Shown piece by piece: positions 26,201 through 40,200 of a DNA stretch of 64,000 nucleotides. The stretch spans positions 4,092,001 to 4,156,000 of the forward strand of contig CM120645.1 of NCBI GenBank assembly GCA_051362555.1, written 5' to 3'. The translations under genes were made by a program, and so were the position numbers. The notes beneath the pieces were generated by a model. That model had not been told where the DNA came from. It searched no databases and saw only the letters and a list, made by a program, of their open reading frames with translations. Source of the DNA: Lingula anatina (Eukaryota > Animalia > Brachiopoda). The first letter of the stretch is position 1; the number at the start of each line of letters is the position of its first letter.

Positions 26201-27684
26201 AACGTTTTTAAGGCAGACATGTGAGAGAATCTACATTAGAGCAATCACTAATCAGTCACCTTTGGTTACCATATTTAATAATTTAAAACGTTTTGAACCC
26301 AAACGTTTCGCGTTTTGTTTTCACCAAAAAGAGCACAACTGTCAAGAGAGAGGGAATCATGGATAGTAAAGCACAAGCAATTAGTTTGATGGTCTGTTGG
26401 TCGTAATTTTACTAACGGTTTTAGTTACATGTATAAGTTAAACCATTAAGATAATTTGCATCGTTGAAATATCAAGATTTGTTATACATGAAGGAACACG
26501 CATGCATTAAATACTCTGTACCCACAGATATTCCCATGTTAATGCCGTCTGCCATATGTGAGAAACGGTCAACTCTCTGAAACACAAACATAACAAAGTC
26601 AGATATATGCCAATGTTTTTTATTTGATCAGTTCATGATTTTTTTACATTTGATTGGTCTATTGAATAATTAGGAACTATTCGGCATATTCTTCAAATGG
26701 TTGTTTTTTAAACAACTCGAACGAATTTCTGCGTCACACATAGACCTGATTATTTTATTGATACAGTTTAAGCAGATTTTTTTCTCTTGGTTAAATAGTA
26801 TATAAAAACTGTCAAAACATTTGAAACAATGAGAGATTTTTCTCTAAAAACGAATTGTAAATCTTCATGGGTTGCTTAAACGTAGTCTACGTAACTCCAA
26901 ATAAATTTCTGCGTCGTGTGTTTTGATGCATTGCTTTTACGCTATAATCACTATTTTATATAGATTCAGTTAAATGTAACCTTTCCTTATATACAAATGA
27001 CAAGTGTGAATGGGGATAAAGCTGTATGTTCATGATTATCAATCAATGATTCGTATTCTATTTCTGAAATGAACTGCACGTCTTTAGGAGTTGCTAAAAC
27101 GTAATCAACATAATCTTCATCCACGTCGCCGAAAGTCTATCAGCAGTCCAGATAAATTTCTGCATCATGTGTTTTAAAACATTGTGTATAGAGAGGCATT
27201 GCGATATGTGCCAAGGCATACGCAGCAGTGCTGAATATAACAAAGGGCTAATTCATGACCGTGGGCTTTCTTTTTGTTTTAAAGCTGAGTCAAATATCCT
27301 ATATTATAATCAAAATTCACCTGCTAAAGCGTCAATATTTTTGAAAACTATAACAAAGGACCAGTTCATGGGCTTTCTTTTGCTTTAAAGCCGAGTTATG
27401 AACCCTATATTATAACCGTGTTTTAATTGTCAATCTTTTCATGTTATTAAGTTTAAATGTTACTGAAATAACCACTGGTGTGATCAAGAATAAAAAAACA
27501 TGTATTAGGTACCTTAAAGAAATAAATCCGTACAAAGTTAAATGTTAAGTGTGTTTGCGTGCCGGTAAATAGGAAAATAAATCGCGTTTCAATTTAAATA
27601 TTGATTTCATCTTTGTCGAACTTTTCTGTCTTTGCTTCCACAAACTGATCCTTTGTTATGCCTTTTTCTGTTCCTTTTGTAGTT

Positions 27685-27802
27685 TCAGAGAACTTGAATC
27701 TTCTTCGTTTTTACTTCTGCCTCTTTCCAACTTCTACCACGAATGTTCTTTGTTTTCACTTCCGCCTCCTCCCAACTTCTATCATAAGGAAACTAAAATA
27801 GA

Positions 27803-27843
<41 letters not shown>

Positions 27844-28316
27844 ATGTAGTGTGAGAAGTAGAGGTGTTTCCAACAGAACTGTCAAAAATGAAATCGTAGA
27901 CATTTAATACAATGGTGTTTCAATTTTCACCGGAATAACGAGATGGTTCAGAGAAGAAAGGTACGGGAAAATCATTTTGCCCCCAGATGCTTTATTTGCA
28001 ACTTGGTTGTCAGGTTAAATAAAATGATTTAAGTTAATTTTCCCCCATATTTCAAGCATATGTGTATATATGTCCACACCTTAAGAGAAGAGACGGTGTC
28101 GTCGGCGTTGTATTTTTTAGTTAAATTTCTAAGATATATTATATTTATTGAGACAAGGTGGATTTTTACATGAGACCGAAAGTTGCTATTGCCATTCTGT
28201 AGTGAAGATAAAAGCATTCAAATAAGGTTTATATGAGGCATGTTCTGGGTTTCAATGCGAACTAAAAACCTGATTGTTTGGTAAATCAGCCATTGTTTAA
28301 ACCCCCCCCCCCCCCC

Positions 28317-28360
<44 letters not shown>

Positions 28361-31300
28361 TGAAATCAACAATATTTCGGTTGATTTATTAAAGAGGACG
28401 TCTCAAACAGTAAAATAAACATTTCAACAAAGTTATCCCCAATATAAAGGCAACTTACTTGAGTTTTTGTTTTTGTACAACTCTGAGGTATGTTGCACAT
28501 GCTTGGATCTGTTATTGAGTATTTGAGGTCGTATGCACAATAAGTATGGCTGGCTATACTGACTGTGGGTGTGTCGTCTTTGTCGTCGTCTGTCTGGTTG
28601 GCTGTCTTGTTGGGCTTCACGACGAATGTCTCGAAGGGTGTCGCTTTGGCTGTCCCGTTGTCTGCGCCTTGTAAGCAAAGAATGGTTGTTAAAGTGGCAA
28701 GAAACAAAGCAATTTCACTCTTTATACGTGCACTGTGTTAATTCTCATGTTAGGAATCTGTGTCATACTTGAACTAGATTCGGCTAATACGTCTTCTTTC
28801 TGTGTAAACGCGTTTTCTCTATTTCTTGTTGTAATGCACACTTATTTATATGAAAAAATATATTTATGATTTTTTATAATAAATTGAGTCAACCGCATGC
28901 CTTCGCCTACCTGTTTCTTTTTTATCTACAGTAAGTAAATTACTTTTGTGAAAATAGTTAAAATCATGTATGAATATCAAATGGCGCAAACCCTTTTTAT
29001 CACGTGACTGAAGGCAAGGACATAATGTGAAAACATAATCATTTACCTATTCCGAACATCTTCTTAAATACCAGGAAGTTTGATTTTGCTTGGGTAATGT
29101 ATGTGTAATTGTAGACCATCCCATCCATTTCTTTGTCCATTTTACAGATAAAAGCGTCCATGTCTCCTCGGCCAACTCCGAGAGTAACGTAATCGTCACA
29201 TGTGGCCATTCCTTTAAAAGAAGAAAAGCAATTTAAGATTTAGCTTTCAACATGCCTAACGTTAAGAAGTTAAGTTTGGAAAAACGGTTTTGAATATTTA
29301 CAATCCCTAATTGCAAAACATGTGTCTAAGTTGTAATTATTATTTTTGTAGCACTTGATCGTGGCTATCGTATCGAAAAAAGTTGAGAAAATATGCTCTT
29401 GTGAAGTTTTATCCACCTAATTATGGCTTCAGAAAAATGTTGTGACAATAAAGATGCAGATGCGATTTCCATCAGGTTTCTCGATATCCAAGAAAAGATA
29501 ATTTTATTGTTTCGTTTAATTTTACATCATTTTATTGCACATGTACCAACATGTGTTTAGCTGTAAAATGAAATGGTATTTTTCTTATAATTATTATTGG
29601 TTCTAAATCGTATTTCTGATCTATTCGCATTTGACTCTATGTGAAAAACTACGCATTCAATTAAGTACAAAGTATCTGGCCAATAGCATATGTAGGTGGA
29701 GGACAGTGACAACTAGTAACGTGTCCTCTCCTTAAATTCGTAGGTACCATCCCTCCCCAAATGTCCCCTTCTAATCTCTCAAAATAATGACATTTACCTG
29801 GAATGCAAAGAAAGTCGGTTGCGAGACTTCTATTTCCCGGTATACTTTGCTCCGTGCAATTTCCGTCCTCGCTTATTACGTATTCCTTTAACTAAAATGT
29901 ATGAAATAAATCACAGAATAAAAAAAACAAAGAATTAAAAATCAAAATTAGCAAAAGAGATTTAATAGTGAAGAAATGCTAGGGCGTTGTCTTTACTTTA
30001 ATCTTGAGTGAACTTGGTGTTGTTATCGAGGCCATTGACATGGGTCTACTTTTCTCAATGGTAACAAACACGTCATTAACAAACAAACAATGATTTAATA
30101 TGGACTAAGCAATGCTAATGATTATGCATTCTGGTAGGTTTAAAGGAGTTCAATAAGTTGTAAGAACTTACATTTGGTAAAATAGCTTTCATCTCGCTTT
30201 CTTGTAAAATAGTTATCTTGATATTCGCGCAATTTAACACTAATTCAGACTTTAAGAGCAAAAGCTTTGCTGTTTTATTCCCTACCCCAAACTGCTGCAC
30301 AGAGGGTTGCAAAGCGTTCATCGTCAGTTTTGCTGTTTTGTAACTCGGTGTGAGACAGTGATCGGTTTCCCGCGTAACTTTACACCTTTGATCACTAAAA
30401 TTGGCATGGTTGACGACTAGGCTGTGGACAAAAATCCGGTGCCAGGGTTTTTTTTCACATTTTCGTTTGAGAGATCTGAGTTCATTTTAATTCCCCTTGA
30501 AATAAAAGCATTATATTGCCTCTTTCCTGACAAAGTCTGGAGTTATCCTCAAGACAAATTTTCTCTAGCTGATAAACGGTGATAATAGCTGATTAGATAA
30601 CTGATAAGGCAGATCTGTTTGAAAACGGCATTACAATTTTCATCCCAAAAACGATGTTGTTACGCCATTAGTTCGCATTAGCAAATTTATCCCGGTATAT
30701 TTTTGATGTGACAGCATTATTGCATGACATAACAATGCTTATTTTCGCAATATATAAGCGATTATGGAAATAAATCACAACGTAACGAAATCCCTTTTTC
30801 TTAACCTTTAAATATAAATAAAACTACACGACACCCCGTACACAGCCGCTTTTCAAGCGGCGTTCTACTTACAGTAGTTGAAAATTTTATATAAACAGGC
30901 ATATGACTTTGAGGTTTTCAACCCCTCAGGTAAGGAAAGCAAATGATCAATGATCACGGGTTGTTGTCCAGAGTTTAAAAAAGCACCTGGCAGGTAGATA
31001 GTGACAGCTCAGTCTGATATTTCAACCTGATAACTACCTCTTACAGCATCGTCAGGTATTGCGTCACAGGTCACGTGTCCGTGTGGCTCATTTATTTCCA
31101 GAGCAAGTGAAAGGCGCATTTTTCTATAAACTCGATATTTACGAAGGGAGCAACTAATTTTATTTTGGTATGGCAATCTATTAAAGGGCAAGATATCCAA
31201 AGGTTATCCACCGCACAAGTCATTCTGTAATTGAAACACGCCCTTTTCAAGAACAATACCTGTCTCGAATCTTCACGTACATGTAACTAGGACCAATAGG

Positions 31301-32585
31301 TAATGCGGGGTATTCTGTATCGGGATATATATCCTGATTATTCATCGTCAAATTCGTTTTCGAGCTCTATTTTTCTAATAAGTATCGCCACGATCGAACA
31401 AGAAAAGATTGACAAATGCTATTTCTGACATAACTGCCTGTCGTTAGAGTTAGGGGACAATCAAGAAGAGACAATAATTCTTATACTTACGTCATCGTAA
31501 TCGTAAATGGTCTGTATAACTGAAGACGTGTCTCCTTCAACTCTGGTTTCCAAAACACACGCCGTTAAATTGGCCGAGTACAAGGCAATTGTGGACGACG
31601 ACTGAAAGACGAAATACATGAAATATTGAGTTTTTTAACTAAAATTTTGAAATAATATTTCTAAAAATTAAACATCGACGTAATTCAAAGTAACACGTAA
31701 GTATGGACTTGATGTAAATCTTTCATTGGTGTGGGTAAAACAAAAATCATCAGGCGACCAACGCGCAAAATATTGACACACTTGAAATGCTTGTGACACA
31801 TATTCTGCTCTCGTCCCTGACCCTGCTGGTGCATACATCCACAGGGAACATGTATTGATTATTGCGTAGACGAAGTTTCTTTGTCATGAAAAGTTTTGTG
31901 CACATGAAACACTCCTTTTAGTATACTTGCACTTGAAAAAAAAACTCGGCCTTTTTCCATAAAGGGAAATATCTTACAACATTGATACCAATGTCCCATG
32001 TTTCTTCGATACAATTATCTTCAACCGAAATATTTCCATTCTCAAGCTTTTCAAAGACTATGTATAAGCTAAATATTTTTGGATATATTCGTAATGATAT
32101 CATTTAGAAACTACGGCAGAATAATTTCACCCATTGAGGCACGTCACGAACAACGTAGATCATTTTGGCACCATGGTATAAAATTCAGAACTAAGGAAAC
32201 CCGAAGAAAATTTGGGTAAAAAAAATGGAAGGAAGTGTTCACTGTGCAAAAACGTCCATAGTGCAGTACGAAAAATGTGAATGTCGCAACAAAACCGTAT
32301 TACTGCCTTAATTCGTAACAATCGAATTAAGTAGACTGTACCAATTAATTTGGAGGATTTACTCACCTGATAGCTAGATCCTTGCGTATCGACAACAATT
32401 TCGCCCGTCTTGTACTCCAATTCCCAATATTTTGGGCTGAAGCAATTCCCTGGCGTGGGAGGAGTCTTGGGGGTCTTGGGGGTGGGAGGTTTCGGAGATT
32501 TTGGAGTTTTGGGTCCTTTGGAACGCTTGCCTAGAACTCCTGCGAAGATCATCACAAGGATGAAGACCGTCACATATCTAACCAT
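27685..32585 (-). CDS. Ependymin-related protein copy 2; 6 exons, 301 aa, intact
   Basis: Exons 32585-32367, 31601-31491, 29891-29798, 29211-29047, 28667-28459, 27792-27685; exon lengths identical to copy 1 (219/111/94/165/209/108), splice sites intact, no stops seen. Confidence 0.85.
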
Positions 32586-32771
32586 TTTTTTCTGCAATTT
32601 CATGCAGCCGAACCGTGTACTTAATTCTGTTTTCCTGTGTTCACGTTTCCGTCTTTTATACCGCAACACAACTCTGCCTCTGGCGGCTTATTTTGACGTG
32701 AACACAGCACGTGCTTCGAGCACATGACAATAACTGCCCCGCGTGACAAAACATAAGGTCCCATTCAGAAC

Positions 32772-35585
32772 GAATAGATCTTCCAATCACCATCCACGTA
32801 ATGAATAGTGCATCCAAAGATCCCTTCTTCTCGACAGTGGAAACTGATGACTCTCCATGAGCAAGGAACATCTCAGATATGTACAGAAACGTGCTGGCCA
32901 CGGTTACCAAGTCTCCATCATGGAACCAAACTGTGGATCACTTCTTGCTGGACACTCAGGGTAAAATCGGCTCGATTCAGTCTGCAAATGAGTACATGAT
33001 TGGAGTTAGCTATGAAATTGACGAAGATGGATGTAACATAAGCACTGGGCTTTACAACGGCTACGCTTATCACAGCATGCCACTAGCTCTCAATCTTGTC
33101 AACAGTGCCTTGCTGAGGTACCCTGCCGGAGACGAGTACTCCAAATCGGTCAACAACCACCCTTTGCCGTTCTATAGTCGCCACATGGAGAACGATCTCA
33201 TGGATGGCGAAGATGACGACAGGGGAAATGATTTATGGAAGTGGTGGCCCCCTTTGATCAGCGTGACCTACACGTGCATTTTCCTGTTTGTGATGTCGGG
33301 ACTTCTTGGATTTATTTCATAGAGTTCTTATCGAACATCCCACTTTTCATATGAAACAATCATGATACACTCACATTTAACAAAGTTCTACTCAGATTAT
33401 TTAGAATGTTGCTCTCGTTAATACAAGTGAATTTCAACCCGACGAAGTTTTGTAAGTCAAGTCCGTATTTTCTACTTTTTTTTTTTACTTCAAGCATCGC
33501 ATATGGACTATCTTTGTTACATACTCATTTCATAATTGAAAATCGTAAATAAATTATTCGGACAGATGTCGCTCAAATAAGATTTCATGTTTTAAAGGCG
33601 CCTATTCTGTCGTCCTGGAAGCTTTCCTCCTTTACATCGTTCCATACCGACTACTAGACGTGGTAGGTATGGTGACGTCATTTTCCTTTCCGGAAATAAC
33701 GGGTGGGATATTCACAGTGTTGTTTCCTCCCTTCATCTTGGTTGGCGGGCTGTTAAACTTCTATATCAATGACTACAACTCGCGGTAATGTCTCCATAGT
33801 AACACAACTATGGGCCATATTAAGTGCAACATAAGTAAGTGCTGAACAGGTTTGTGCAGTCCTCTGAGGACACATGTTTTTAAGTTAAGTATTGACGAAC
33901 CGATTCCAAAAGATGAAAATATAAGTAGTATGTTTGACCCGATTATAAACATTATGTACGACACGTACAAAAACGCACTTCATAGTCAATATAGCTTTGC
34001 AACCTGGCGGTATGGTTGTGTAATTTTGAAATTTAATTTATTATCAAACTTGATGTTAGATTTCTATTTTTGATAACATGTCTTCATAACTTATAAACTG
34101 CAGGATGTGTCTTTCAATTCAAAAGTTGAATCACGTACATGGACATTTGCGGGGGATCGTAATGAGTAAGTTCAATCTGACGGAAATTAAATTTTAAAAT
34201 TAATTTCAGAAAAGAATCAGCTACGTTTTTAATGAATGAAGAAATAAAGCAGACAAGGAACATAATAAGAAAAATGTCGGAAACCCGATCAAAATGACTT
34301 TCCGTGCAGTTTTCTAAACAAATGGTTCGAAATTTCAATAAAAATTATCTTACACGGGATGCAACGAAGTTTTTGCCTGTCACTTCGCCAAATACGCTTC
34401 AATTACATTTTTAAATTTAATCTTTATTCATGTATGTTATGTGTAATTGTCAAAGTATAAAAGAAACTTTTTACGATCTTAAAGTCGCACAACAAAAACT
34501 TCTCCTAATCTAGGTCTGCCTCTATGTTGTCTCGATTTTATTTTTAATCTTGCCCTGTTTGTGAACATTGCATTCCTGAAGCTGTTTCAGTCGCGCTCGA
34601 TGTGAAACATTGCCATTTGAACTGAGAATTGATGCCTTCTAATCATGGTGCGCAACTGTTAAATAATATATTTGTTTTGATAATTAGTTGCCGAGTTGAA
34701 CCGTATGCACACCATACGTATTCTTGGCCTTACCAGGTCATTGTCTACGAAGACAGAATTTTCAATGCTCTTTTTCCCTAATTTTCTGACCGTGCTGGGA
34801 CAAAGAGAAAATAAAGAACAAGAGTCGCGTTGATTGGAAAACCAACCATCATATTCCTGGATGACCCGACAACAAGTATTGATCCATTGTGCAAGAGAAA
34901 GATATAGTCAGTTCTACAAGAAATACGTCAACAAGGCACAACGCTAGTGCTGACCACCAACAGGTTTGTGTGGATTGTCCCTTGCACCCGATCTAGATCA
35001 TTCATGTCTTGTATGCAGTTTGCAGTGACATAAATCACAACTTTCTGTGAGCTTTTTTTTACCAAGTTTCTGTTAACTATTACAAATAAGATATCTAGTA
35101 CCCAGAAAGTAAAACGTTAGTGTTTTCATTAATTTATTTTAAAATAGATGTTTATATATTTTAGCACTGAAGAAAGTGAAATGCAGTGCACTCGAGTGAC
35201 AATAATGATCGACCAGCACTTTGTTACTATGGGCATTCCACAGTCGCTTAAAAATGCATACGGGGACGGCGTTAACATCGAAATACGTCTGACAGATGAA
35301 GAGGAAATTACCACCAACGATCTTATTTCATTTATAAGTTCGCGCCTGCCTGGAAGATATGTGACCAAAGAAAACAACTTCACGATAACTTTTAAAGTCT
35401 TAAACGAACATATCCGTTGGGGCCAACTCTTTCAAACACTTGAGGAGGCTAGGACCCGCTTTACGATTGCAGATTATAGCATCCAGCAGAGTACTTTGGA
35501 GGCCGCTTTTCTCCATTTGTCGCGTTCCTTTGTTGCACCTACAAGCGTTGACCACAGCCAAGCAACACGTAGCTTTGTGTTGTAA
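32772..35585 (+). pseudogene. Partial ABCA duplicate, pseudogene copy 3, with internal deletions
   Basis: Begins at sequence homologous to 10781. Stops TGG>TGA at 32858-32860 and TAC>TAA at 33786-33788; deletions at ~33309 and ~33848; penultimate-exon acceptor changed cag>ccg at ~34790. The last exon is open to 35585. Confidence 0.88.
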
Positions 35586-37120
35586 AGCGTTTTTAAGGCA
35601 GACATGTGAGAGAGTCTACATTAGAGCAATCACTAATCAGTCACCTTTGGGTACCATATTTAGTAATTTAAAATGTTTTAATGCAAACGTTCTGCGTTTT
35701 GTTTTCACCAAAAAGAGCACAACTGTCAAGAGAAAGGGAATCATGGATAGTAAAGCACGAGCGATTAGTTTGATCGTCTGTTGATTGTAATATTCCTAAG
35801 GGTTTTAGTTGCATGTATTAAAAAAACCTTCGGGTGAATTGCATTGTCGAAATTTCAAGATTTTTATGCATGAAGGAACACGTATGCATTAAATACCCTG
35901 TACCCACAGATCCTCCCATGTTAATGTCGTCTGCCATATGTGAGAAACGATCAACTCTCTGAAACACAAACATAACAAAGTCAGATACATGCCAATGTTT
36001 TTTATTTAATCAGCTCATGATTTTTTTTTTACATTTGATTGGTCTATTGAATAATTAGGAACTATTCGGCATATTCTTCAAACGGTTGTTCTTTAAACAA
36101 CTCAAACGAATTTCTGCGTCACACATAGACCTGATTATTTTATTGATACATTTTAAGAAGATTTTTTTCTCTTGGTTGAATAGTATATAAAAACTGTCAA
36201 AACATTTGAAACAATGAGAGTTTTTTCTCTAAAAACGAATTGTACATCTTCATGGGTTGCTAAATTGTAGTCAACGTAATTCTTGTCCACATCGCCGAAA
36301 AAATCCAGATAAATTTCTGCGTCGTGTGTCTTGATGCATTGCGTATACGCTATCATCACTATTTTATATAGATTCAGTAAAATGAACCCTTTCCTTATAT
36401 ACAGATGGCAAGAGTGAATGGGGATAAAGCTGTATGCTCATTATCAATCAATGATTCGTATTCTCTTTCTGAAATGAACTGCACGTCTTTAGGAGTTGCT
36501 AAAACGTAATCAACATAATCTTCATCCACGTCGCCGAAAGTCTATCAGCAGTCCAGATAAATTTCTGCATCATGTGTTTTAAAACATTGTGTATAGAGAG
36601 GCATTGCGTCATTGTATTTAATATCTTCGTTTATACAGATATGTGCCAAGGCATACGCAGCAGTGCTGAATATAACAAAGGGCTAATTCATGACCGTGGG
36701 CTTTCTTTTTGTTTTAAAGCTGAGTCAAATATCCTATATTATAATCAAAATTCACCTGCTAAAGCGTCAATATTTTTGAAAACTATAACAAAGGATCAGT
36801 TCAAGGGCTTTCTTTTGCTTTAAAGTCGAGTTATGAACCCTATATTATAACCGTGTTTTAATTGTCAATTTTTTCATGTTATTAAGTTTAAATGTTACTG
36901 AAATAACTACTGGTGTGATCAAGAATAAAAAAGCATGTATTAGGTACCTTAAAGAAATAAATCCGTACAAAGTAAAATGTTAAGTGTCTTTGCGTGCCGG
37001 TAAATAGGAAAATAAATCGCGTTTCAATTTAAATATTGATTTCATCTTTGTCGAACTTTTCTGTCTTTGCTTCCACAAACTGATCCTTTGTTGTGCTTTT
37101 TTTCTGTTCCTGTTGTAGTT

Positions 37121-37238
37121 TCAGAGCACTTGAATCTTCTTCGTTTTTACTTCGGCCTCCTCCCAGCTTCTACCACGAATGTTCTTCGTTTTCACTTCCG
37201 CCTCCTCCCAACTTCTATCATAAGGAAACTAAAATAGA

Positions 37239-37281
<43 letters not shown>

Positions 37282-40200
37282 GTGTGAGAAGTAGAGGTGT
37301 TTCCAACAGAACTGTCAAAAATGAAAATCGTAGACATTTAATACAATGGTGTTTCAATTTTCACGGGAATAACGAGATGGTTCAGAGAAGAAAGATACGG
37401 GAAAATCATTTTGCCCCCAGATGCTTTATTTGCAACTTGGGTGTCAGGTTGAATAAAATGATTTAAGTGGATTTTTCCCCCATATTTCAAGCATATGTGT
37501 ATATATGTCCACACCTTAAGAGAAGAGACGGTGTCGTCGGCGCTGTATTTTTTAGTTAAATTTCTAAGATATATTATATTTATTGAGACAAGGTGGATTT
37601 TTACATGAGACCGAAAGTTGCTATTGCCATTCTGTAGTGAAGATAAAAGTATTCAAATAAGGTTTATATGAGGCATGTTCTGGGTTTCAATGCGAACTAA
37701 AAACCTGATTGTTTGGTAAATCAGCCATTGTTTAACCCCCCCCCCCAAAAAAAAAAAAAAAACTCTCTGAAATCAACAATATTTCGGTTGATTTATTAAA
37801 GAGGACGTCTCAAACAGCAAAATAAACATTTCAACAAAGTTATCCCCAATATAAAGGCAACTTACTTGAGTTTTTGTTTTTGTACAACTCTGAGGTATGT
37901 TGCACATGCTTGGATCTGTTATTGAGTATTTGAGGTCGTATGCACAATAAGTATGGCTGGCTATACTGACTGTGGGTGTGTCGTCTTTCTCGTCGTCTGT
38001 CTGGTTGGCTGTCTTGTTGGGCTTCACGACGAATGTCTCGAAGAGTGTCGCTTTGGCTGTCCCGTTGTCTGCGCCTTGTAAACAAAGAATGGTTGTTAAA
38101 GTGGCAAGAAACAAAGCAATTTCACTCTTTATACGTGCACTGTGTTAATTCTCATGTTAGGAATCTGTGTCATACTTGAACTAGATTCGGCTAATACGTC
38201 TTCTTTCTGTGTAAACGCGTTTTCTCTATTTCTTGTTGTAATGCACACTTATTTATATGAAAAAATATATTTATGATTTTTTATAATAAATTGAGTCAAC
38301 CGCATGCCTTCGCCTACCTATTTCTTTTTTATCTACAGTAAGTAAATTACTTTTGTGAAAATAGTTAAAATCATGTATGAATATCAAATGGCGCAAACCT
38401 TGTTTTATCACGTGCCTGAAGGCAAAAACATAATGTGAAAACGTGATCATTTACCTATTCCGAACATCTTCTTAAATACCAGGAAGTTTGATTTTGCTTG
38501 GGTAATGTATGTGTAATTGTAGACCATCCCATCCATTTCTTTATCCAATTTACAGATAAAAGCGTCCATGTCCCCTCGGCCAACTCCGAGAGTAACGTAA
38601 TCGTCACATGAGGCCATTCCTTGAAAAGAAGAAAAGCAATTTAAGATTTAGCTTTCAACATGCCTTAGGGTAAGACGTTAAATTTTGGAAAAACTGTTTT
38701 GCATAATTACAATCCCTAATTGCAAAACATGTGTCTAAGTTGTAATAATTATTTTTGTAGCACTTGATCGTGGCTATCGTATCGAAAAAAGTTGAGAAAA
38801 TATGCTCTTGTGAAGTTTTATCCACCATTAGCCTAATTATGGTTTCAGAAAAATGTTGTGACAATAAAGATGCAGATGCGATATCCATCAGGTTTCTCGA
38901 TTGCCAAGAAAAGATAATTTTGTTGTGTTTCATTTAATTTTACATCATTTTATTGCACATGTACCACCATGTGTTTAACTGCAAAATGAAATGGTTTTAT
39001 TCTTATAATTATAATTATTATTATTGGTTCTAAATCGTATTTCTTCTCTATTCGCTTTTGCCTCTATATGAAAAACTACGCATTCAATTAAGTACAAAGT
39101 ATCTGGCCAACAGCGTATGTAGGTGGAGTACAGTGACAACTAGTAACGTGTCCTCTCCTTAAATTCGTAGGTACAATCCCTCACAAATGTCCCCTTCTAA
39201 TCTCTCAAAATAATGACATTTACCTGGAATGCAAAGAAAGTCGGTTGCGAGACTTCTATTTCCCGGTATACTTTGCTCCGTGCAATTTCCGTCCTCGCTT
39301 ATTACGTATTCCTTTAACTAAAATGTATGAAATAAATCACAGAATTAAAAAAAACAAAGAATTAATAATCAAAATTGGCAACAGAGATTAAACAGTGAAG
39401 AAATGTTAGGGCGTTATCTTTACTTTAATCTTGAGTGGACTTGGTGTTGTTATCGAGGCCTTTGATATGGGTCTACTTTTCTCAATGGTAACAAACATGT
39501 CATTAACAAAAAAAAAAAAAAAAAAAAAAAACAATGGTTTAATATGGACTAAGCAATGCTCATGATTATGCATACCGGTAGGTTTAAAGGAGTTCATTAA
39601 GTTGTAAAAACCTACATATGGTAAAATAGCTTTCATCTCGCTTTCTTGTAAAATAGTTATCTTGATATTCGCGCAACTTAACACTAATTACAGGGGCGTA
39701 ACTATACCATTTAAAATTGTACGCACAGATTTTGAAAATTCCCAGGTACGATTATATTCCGTGAAAAATACACTGAATTTATGGAGAATAATATCATGGT
39801 TAGTTAAAAAAAATTGTACGCACAGTGCATCCGTGCGTATGCCTGCATGGTTACGCCCCTGAATTAAGACTTTAAGAGCAAATGTTTTGCTGTTTTATTT
39901 CCTTCCCCACGCACTGCTGCACAGAGGGTTGCAAAGCGTTCGTAGTCAGTTTTGCTGTTTTGTAACTCGGTGTGAGACAGTGATCGGTTTCCCGCGTAAC
40001 TTTACACCTTTGATCACTAAAATTGGCATGGTTGACGACTAGGCTGTGGACAAAAATCCGGTGCCAGGGTTTTTTTTTCACATTTTCGTTTGAGAGATCT
40101 GAGTTCATTTTAATTCCCCTTGAAATAAAAGCATTATATTGCCTCTTTCCTGACAAAGTCTGGAGTTATCCTCAAGACAAATTTTCTCTAGCCGATAAAC

